In this document: positions 59,339 to 64,000 of the stretch, one piece after another
How the letters are laid out: every line of letters begins with the position of its first letter
Position numbering within the stretch: the first letter of the stretch is position 1
NCBI GenBank assembly: GCA_965223545.1
Contig: OZ245006.1
Coordinates: forward strand, 5,568,001 to 5,632,000
Direction: 5' to 3'
Source of the DNA: Planctomycetota bacterium
Lineage (GTDB): Bacteria; Planctomycetota; UBA1135; UBA2386
DNA length: 64,000 nucleotides
The notes under the pieces: generated by a model
The model's database searches: none
Seen by the model: only the letters and a program-made list of their open reading frames with translations
Told to the model about the DNA's origin: nothing
Program-made: the position numbers and the translations under genes

Positions 59339-61249
59339 GTGTTGCCGATAACCCCATGTGGGGTACGGGTCAGAACGTTGCGGCTGACGGTCGAGATCGC
59401 GCAGAGCGAGCAGCTCGAGGTCATCGAGCAAGTCGATTCGCTCAACGAGTACGGGCACTCCGTCGGCGGGCTCCCCGTCCACGTACGGACGGCGATGACC
59501 GGCTCCGTCGCGGACAGCGGCGACGACGTTCCCGATCTCGACGACCTCATGCGGGTGGAGGTCGAGGCGCAGCCGCCGCCGATGGGCGGGTGGCGCGCAG
59601 TGGCCCGCCGCGGTCCGGACGGACAGCTGCAGGGCTTTCTCGGCGAGCAGTGTCCGGCCGAGGTCGTCGCGGCGCCGCTGCAGTGCGACCATTGCGGCTA
59701 CGCCGACATCTGGCAGGCGACCTTCGTGCTGCGCAATCGCCTGGGCGTGATCCGACAGATCGGCGACGCTTGTCTGCTGGAGGTCACCGGGTCCGACTGC
59801 CGCGCCGCGCTGGACCATTGGCTGCTGGTGACCCAGTGGCTCGTCGGACTGGTCGGCGCGTCCGATCCGGACGCAGCCCCGCTGGCGCAGGAGTCCGAAC
59901 CGCTGCCCGTGGCGGCGCCGGCCGGCCGGCCGCTGGGTCAGCTCGCACTCGCTGCTGGTGTCCTGATCGCAACCGGGGTCGCGTGGCTCCTGTCGGAACG
60001 GGGTGGGCGCGAAGTTGCCGGCGACGACGCGGCGGCGGCGCCGGCGGCCGCGCGGCCCGTGGCACGCATGCTGAGCCGGTTCGCCTGGGAGCGGACACAC
60101 TTCGGCGGTCGCGCACCGGCGGCCGCGGTCGTGCAGCAGGCCCACGCTGCCTACCGCGAGGGCGCAACGCGCGAGATCCTCTATCGACTGCTGCGGCGGC
60201 TGCAGAACGCGCGAACGGCGCCGGCAATCGACGAGGTGCTGGCTCGCATCGCCGCTGGGCTGGCGGACTTCGAAGCCCCGCTGCTGGCAGTGCTCGAGGA
60301 GCCGGAGCATCAGCTCGTGCACGCGGCGATCGAGGTCGTCGGCCGCCTCGGTGTCGAGGTCGCCGCGCCGGCGCTCACCGCCTTGGTGCGCAGCCCCGAT
60401 GCCGAGGTGCGGGCGGCGGCGCTGGTCGCCAGCGCGCGCTTGGGTCGAGTGTGGAACGCCGCGGCCGAACGCTTCATGGCGACCGACGACCCGCGCCAGA
60501 TCGCGGCCGGCATCGCCGCGGTCGATCCCAGCGCGGAGGACGCCGCCGCGCTGCTGTCGCCGTTCTTGTCCCACCCCGACGCGAACGTGCGGCGCGCCGC
60601 GCAGCGGGGACTGATGCACCCGGCGATTCGCATCGACCGCGAAGCGCTGCTCGAGGTCGCCGCCTCGGGCGGGCTGTCGGCGGCCCGGCTGGCCGCGATC
60701 GAGGTGCTGGCGCTGAAGGCCGCCGAGGAGCCGATCGAGACCGCGCTGCTCGAGCTCCTGGTGGACGCCGATCCGGCCGTTCGGCGGGCGGTGCTGGCGG
60801 TGCTGGCGGGCGCCGCGGCCGGCGACGGCGCGCGCGACTCGCGGGTCGCCGACCGCCTGCTCGACGTGGTGGTCGCGGAGGACGGCACGCGGCGGCAAGC
60901 GCTGATGGCATTCGTCGCCATCGAGCGCCGTGGCGCGGTGCCCGTGCCGCGGATCCGGGCCCTGCTGCCCGACCTGGACCCCATGCTGCGGGCCTTGGCG
61001 GCGCGCTGCCTGGTGGTCGCCGGCGAGTCATCGGGCCTCGACGTCGCGGTGGCGGTGCTGGCCGAGGAGCCGCGATCGGAGGACGACGACGAACTCCAGT
61101 ACGCCCGCCATCAGGCGCACGCGGTGTTGGTCGAAGTATCCGGTGAGGATTACGGCGACGACGTCGCCGCCTGGCGGCACTGGCGCGAGCGGTTCGACCG
61201 CCCGCTGGCGAGCGGTCCGCTGAGCGGCCAGGCGCCGCTGTTCTGGTAG
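59339..61249 (+). CDS. HEAT-repeat membrane protein with N-terminal Cys-rich domain
   Basis: CDHCG...IGDACL; one TM; repeated L..PD..VR.AA; DYGDD..AW..W; start uncertain. Confidence 0.7.
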   Translation: MLPITPCGVRVRTLRLTVEIAQSEQLEVIEQVDSLNEYGHSVGGLPVHVRTAMTGSVADSGDDVPDLDDLMRVEVEAQPPPMGGWRAVARRGPDGQLQGFLGEQCPAEVVAAPLQCDHCGYADIWQATFVLRNRLGVIRQIGDACLLEVTGSDCRAALDHWLLVTQWLVGLVGASDPDAAPLAQESEPLPVAAPAGRPLGQLALAAGVLIATGVAWLLSERGGREVAGDDAAAAPAAARPVARMLSRFAWERTHFGGRAPAAAVVQQAHAAYREGATREILYRLLRRLQNARTAPAIDEVLARIAAGLADFEAPLLAVLEEPEHQLVHAAIEVVGRLGVEVAAPALTALVRSPDAEVRAAALVASARLGRVWNAAAERFMATDDPRQIAAGIAAVDPSAEDAAALLSPFLSHPDANVRRAAQRGLMHPAIRIDREALLEVAASGGLSAARLAAIEVLALKAAEEPIETALLELLVDADPAVRRAVLAVLAGAAAGDGARDSRVADRLLDVVVAEDGTRRQALMAFVAIERRGAVPVPRIRALLPDLDPMLRALAARCLVVAGESSGLDVAVAVLAEEPRSEDDDELQYARHQAHAVLVEVSGEDYGDDVAAWRHWRERFDRPLASGPLSGQAPLFW

Positions 61250-61251
61250 CC

Positions 61252-61764
61252 ATGCGAACCACCGAACGAATGCCGCGCACCGCTCGCCCGTCGCTGCGCG
61301 TACCGACGGCCTGCGCCGGCATCGGGTTGGTGGAAGTCGCCGCCGTGATGACCGTCCTGGTCATCGGCGTCATGGGTTTCGTCTCGGCGCTGATCAGCGG
61401 ACAGGTGCTGGCGGTCAAGACGCGCGAAGTGGACCGTGCCAACGCGGCGGCGATCCGCGCACTGGAGTCGTTCCGCGCGGCCTGCAGCACCGATTTCACC
61501 GCCGCCGTCACCGCGGTCGCGACCGTTCCCCAGCAATCCGTGCCGGGCCTCGGCAGCCAAGCGATCATGACCCGGACGCTGATCCAGAACGAGACCTTGG
61601 TCGCGCCGCCGATCGACCTCAACGGCGATGGCGACAAGCTCGACACCGCGGTGGCCCTCGGTGATCTCGTGGTTGCCGTCGTCGTGTTCGAGCTCGAGTG
61701 GCGCAGTGCAGCCGGCGCCACCCGCATCGACTACACCACGATCCGTCCGCGGGGGAGCCGGTGA
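61252..61764 (+). CDS. Prepilin-like protein (PilV-like)
   Basis: G|IGLVEV type III signal followed by a hydrophobic helix. Confidence 0.7.
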   Translation: MRTTERMPRTARPSLRVPTACAGIGLVEVAAVMTVLVIGVMGFVSALISGQVLAVKTREVDRANAAAIRALESFRAACSTDFTAAVTAVATVPQQSVPGLGSQAIMTRTLIQNETLVAPPIDLNGDGDKLDTAVALGDLVVAVVVFELEWRSAAGATRIDYTTIRPRGSR

Positions 61765-62321
61765 CGCGGCGGTCGGTCGCCGGCCTCACCCTCTTGGAGG
61801 TCGTAGTCGCGACCGCCATCCTCGGCGCGCTCTTTCTGCTCGTGATCGACCTCAGCTTGTCGGCGCGCTCGAGCTACTTCGACGCCAACGCCAGGCTGGA
61901 CAGCGATGCGAGCATGCGCCGCGCCATGTGGGCGCTTGCCGACGACCTGCGCGCGGCGGCGCCGGCGGGCGAGGACCTCAACGGCAATGGCGCCTTGGAT
62001 GCCGGTGAAGACCTGAATGGCAACGGCGTGCTGGAGGCGGATTGGGCGGTGAGCGCCGCCGGGATCACGCTGAATCGGCGCAATGTCGACGGCACGGTCT
62101 CGTCGCCGGTGTCGTATTCACTGCAGGGAACGTCGCTGCAGCGGATCGCCGACGTCGCGATCGGCGGTGCGATCAAGCGACAAGCGACGACGGTTGGCCG
62201 CAATGTCACGGCTTTCGCGGTCACGGCAGATGCTGCCAGTGTGACCGTGGCCGTGACGATGCAGTCGAGGGCGTCGGAGACGGTGACGGAATCGATCACG
62301 GTGAGTTTGCGAGGGCGATGA
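61761..62321 (+). CDS. Prepilin-type N-terminal cleavage/methylation protein (PilW/PulJ-like)
   Basis: G|LTLLEVVVA; duplicated GEDLNGNG.L motif; GTGA coupling. Confidence 0.8.
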   Translation: MTRRSVAGLTLLEVVVATAILGALFLLVIDLSLSARSSYFDANARLDSDASMRRAMWALADDLRAAAPAGEDLNGNGALDAGEDLNGNGVLEADWAVSAAGITLNRRNVDGTVSSPVSYSLQGTSLQRIADVAIGGAIKRQATTVGRNVTAFAVTADAASVTVAVTMQSRASETVTESITVSLRGR

Positions 62322-63913
62322 TGTCGATGCAGCGCGCGGCGCAGCCGCGGGGCACCACTCTGGTGCTCGTATTGGTGGTGATGGTGGTGGTCGCGTCCCT
62401 GGCGGGTGTGCTGATCTCCCGCGGGGCCGAGGGGCAGCGCGACGCGTCGCGGCGCGTGTTCTCGACGCGTGCCCTGACCGTCGCCGAGTCCGGGCTGGAC
62501 TACGCTTGGGTCGAGCTGCGCGAGGACCCGCTCTACGCAGTCCGGGACGAAGTCGGCTACGCCTTCGAGGCCAGCACGCAGAGCTACTGCTCGGCGGCGA
62601 TCCCGTTCGCCACCGCGGTGGGGCAGACGGTGGACGGTTTCTCGCTGCGCGTCGAGTACGTCGACGAGAGCGGAGGGAGCGCGGTGCCGGTCGTCTTCGC
62701 CAGCCGTTCCGCGCCCACCGAGAGCTACACTTCGATCCGCGTCTATGCGGCGGCGACCGTGCAGGGGATCGAGCGCGAGGTGGTCGGCTGGTTCGAAGAA
62801 GCCCCGATCATCAGCGGGGTGATCATCTCGGACATGATGCCGACCGACCCGTGCACCGGCGACGACAAGAGCGCTGCCGAGGACGGTCACATCGTGCTGT
62901 CGAGCTACGGCGTCGGCCCGAACATCGCTGTGCACGGCGACCTGCTGAGCAACGGCGATGTCTGTTTCAAGGAGACGGAGCTGGGTCCGATGATCCAGCT
63001 GACCGAGGTCAACGCGCCGACCTACCTGCTCAACCACTCCGGCGAGGTGCAGCGAGAGCTGGCGGGCACGTCGCTCGAGCTGCCGGACTTCACCGCTCTC
63101 GGGTCTGCCGAGCAGCTGTTCGACTTCGACCGCGTCGAAGCCGTTGCCGTGGCAGGCGGGGGCCGAGTGTACACGGACTTCAACGTCTTCCTCGCCGATC
63201 TCGAGCTGGCCAACGATGGCATCGCGCCGCCGATCGAGGGCGTGATCGTGGTCCACGTCGACACCTCGGTCCCGGAATCGCCGGCGTGGCCGGACGGCGG
63301 GATCAACATCCACGGCACGCTCGTGTTCCGCTTCGATTCAGCCGTCGACCCCATGGCGCAGGTCGAGCTGGGCTGTCCGCTCGCGGTCAACGCGGCCGAT
63401 CTGACGGGTGTCGTGCCGGGGGACGCCACGACGTACACGACGGGCTACCCGCCCGTGTTCTCCACGGGCGTGCCGCGGGCGCACGAAGTCGACATCAGCG
63501 CCGTCACGGTCAACGGCCGGTCGGGATTCGCCAACTTCGCCGCGACCGACGACCTGCCGGCGATCATGTTCGACCGGGCGATCGTCGACATCCACGGACC
63601 GAGCAACGTGTGTGGAGTCGTGTACGGCGCGTCGTTCATCGAGATCGAGTTCAAGCGGGACTCCTATGACCCCGTCGACCAAGACGGCGACGGTGTGGTG
63701 GACCCATGGGCGATGCAGCCGATCGGCGCATCGGATGGCAATCTGTTCTACTTCAATGGAGCTCTGTACGGTGGTGGTGGCGTCCTCGTGCGGGTCGAAG
63801 ATGCCGGCGACCGCATCGTGCTCAACTACGACGCCAACACCGTCGACTCGTTGGCGTACGCGTCGGGCGCGGGGTCGTCGCTGACCCGGACGCGGTTCGC
63901 GATCGCCAGGTAG
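62318..63913 (+). CDS. PilX-like N-terminal domain protein
   Basis: RG|TTLVLVLVVM (no Glu5), A..AESGL; ATGA coupling. Confidence 0.75.
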   Translation: MMSMQRAAQPRGTTLVLVLVVMVVVASLAGVLISRGAEGQRDASRRVFSTRALTVAESGLDYAWVELREDPLYAVRDEVGYAFEASTQSYCSAAIPFATAVGQTVDGFSLRVEYVDESGGSAVPVVFASRSAPTESYTSIRVYAAATVQGIEREVVGWFEEAPIISGVIISDMMPTDPCTGDDKSAAEDGHIVLSSYGVGPNIAVHGDLLSNGDVCFKETELGPMIQLTEVNAPTYLLNHSGEVQRELAGTSLELPDFTALGSAEQLFDFDRVEAVAVAGGGRVYTDFNVFLADLELANDGIAPPIEGVIVVHVDTSVPESPAWPDGGINIHGTLVFRFDSAVDPMAQVELGCPLAVNAADLTGVVPGDATTYTTGYPPVFSTGVPRAHEVDISAVTVNGRSGFANFAATDDLPAIMFDRAIVDIHGPSNVCGVVYGASFIEIEFKRDSYDPVDQDGDGVVDPWAMQPIGASDGNLFYFNGALYGGGGVLVRVEDAGDRIVLNYDANTVDSLAYASGAGSSLTRTRFAIAR

Positions 63914-64000
63914 TTCCCGGCCGCTTGACGGCCTGCTAGGCTGCGTCCCGTGGTGGAACCTCTGGAACCGCGCCATGGGCGACGGGCGTTCCTCGCCCGG

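Noticed and set aside
63925..63945. TTGACG...TAGGCT promoter
   Set aside because: Spacer is only 6 bp

Overview
Very GC-rich bacterial chromosomal window, probably Planctomycetota (inferred from the DUF1549/DUF1553 protein, the carboxypeptidase-regulatory repeat protein, the FG-GAP protein and the prepilin-like trio). About 47 CDS are supportable. They include methylmalonyl-CoA mutase subunits and meaB, asnS, pdxH, two PhoX-family phosphatases, a CusA/CzcA-type RND pump, a redox cluster and a carrier protein/adenylation/acyl-CoA dehydrogenase cassette. Main observations: (1) An IS110 element (about 25702-27641, minus strand) has a long left end that contains a readable bridge-RNA-like structure. 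One guide loop matches the element's own ends and the other matches the motif TTTGGTTGCGGC. (2) That motif belongs to a palindromic 195/201-bp tandem repeat family. Two arrays sit on ATGAGC start codons and stay in frame and stop-free with the downstream gene. Removing the IS restores a 201-bp unit, so the IS sits inside its guided target. (3) A thioredoxin-like gene has an in-frame TGA in a W-U-G-W-C motif followed by a hairpin (candidate selenoprotein). (4) A rhodanese x2-YidC-PEP-utiliser-PilZ fusion. (5) A PltF/L/E-like pyrrole cassette next to glycan-modifying genes. All calls come from reading motifs by eye; no searches were run.
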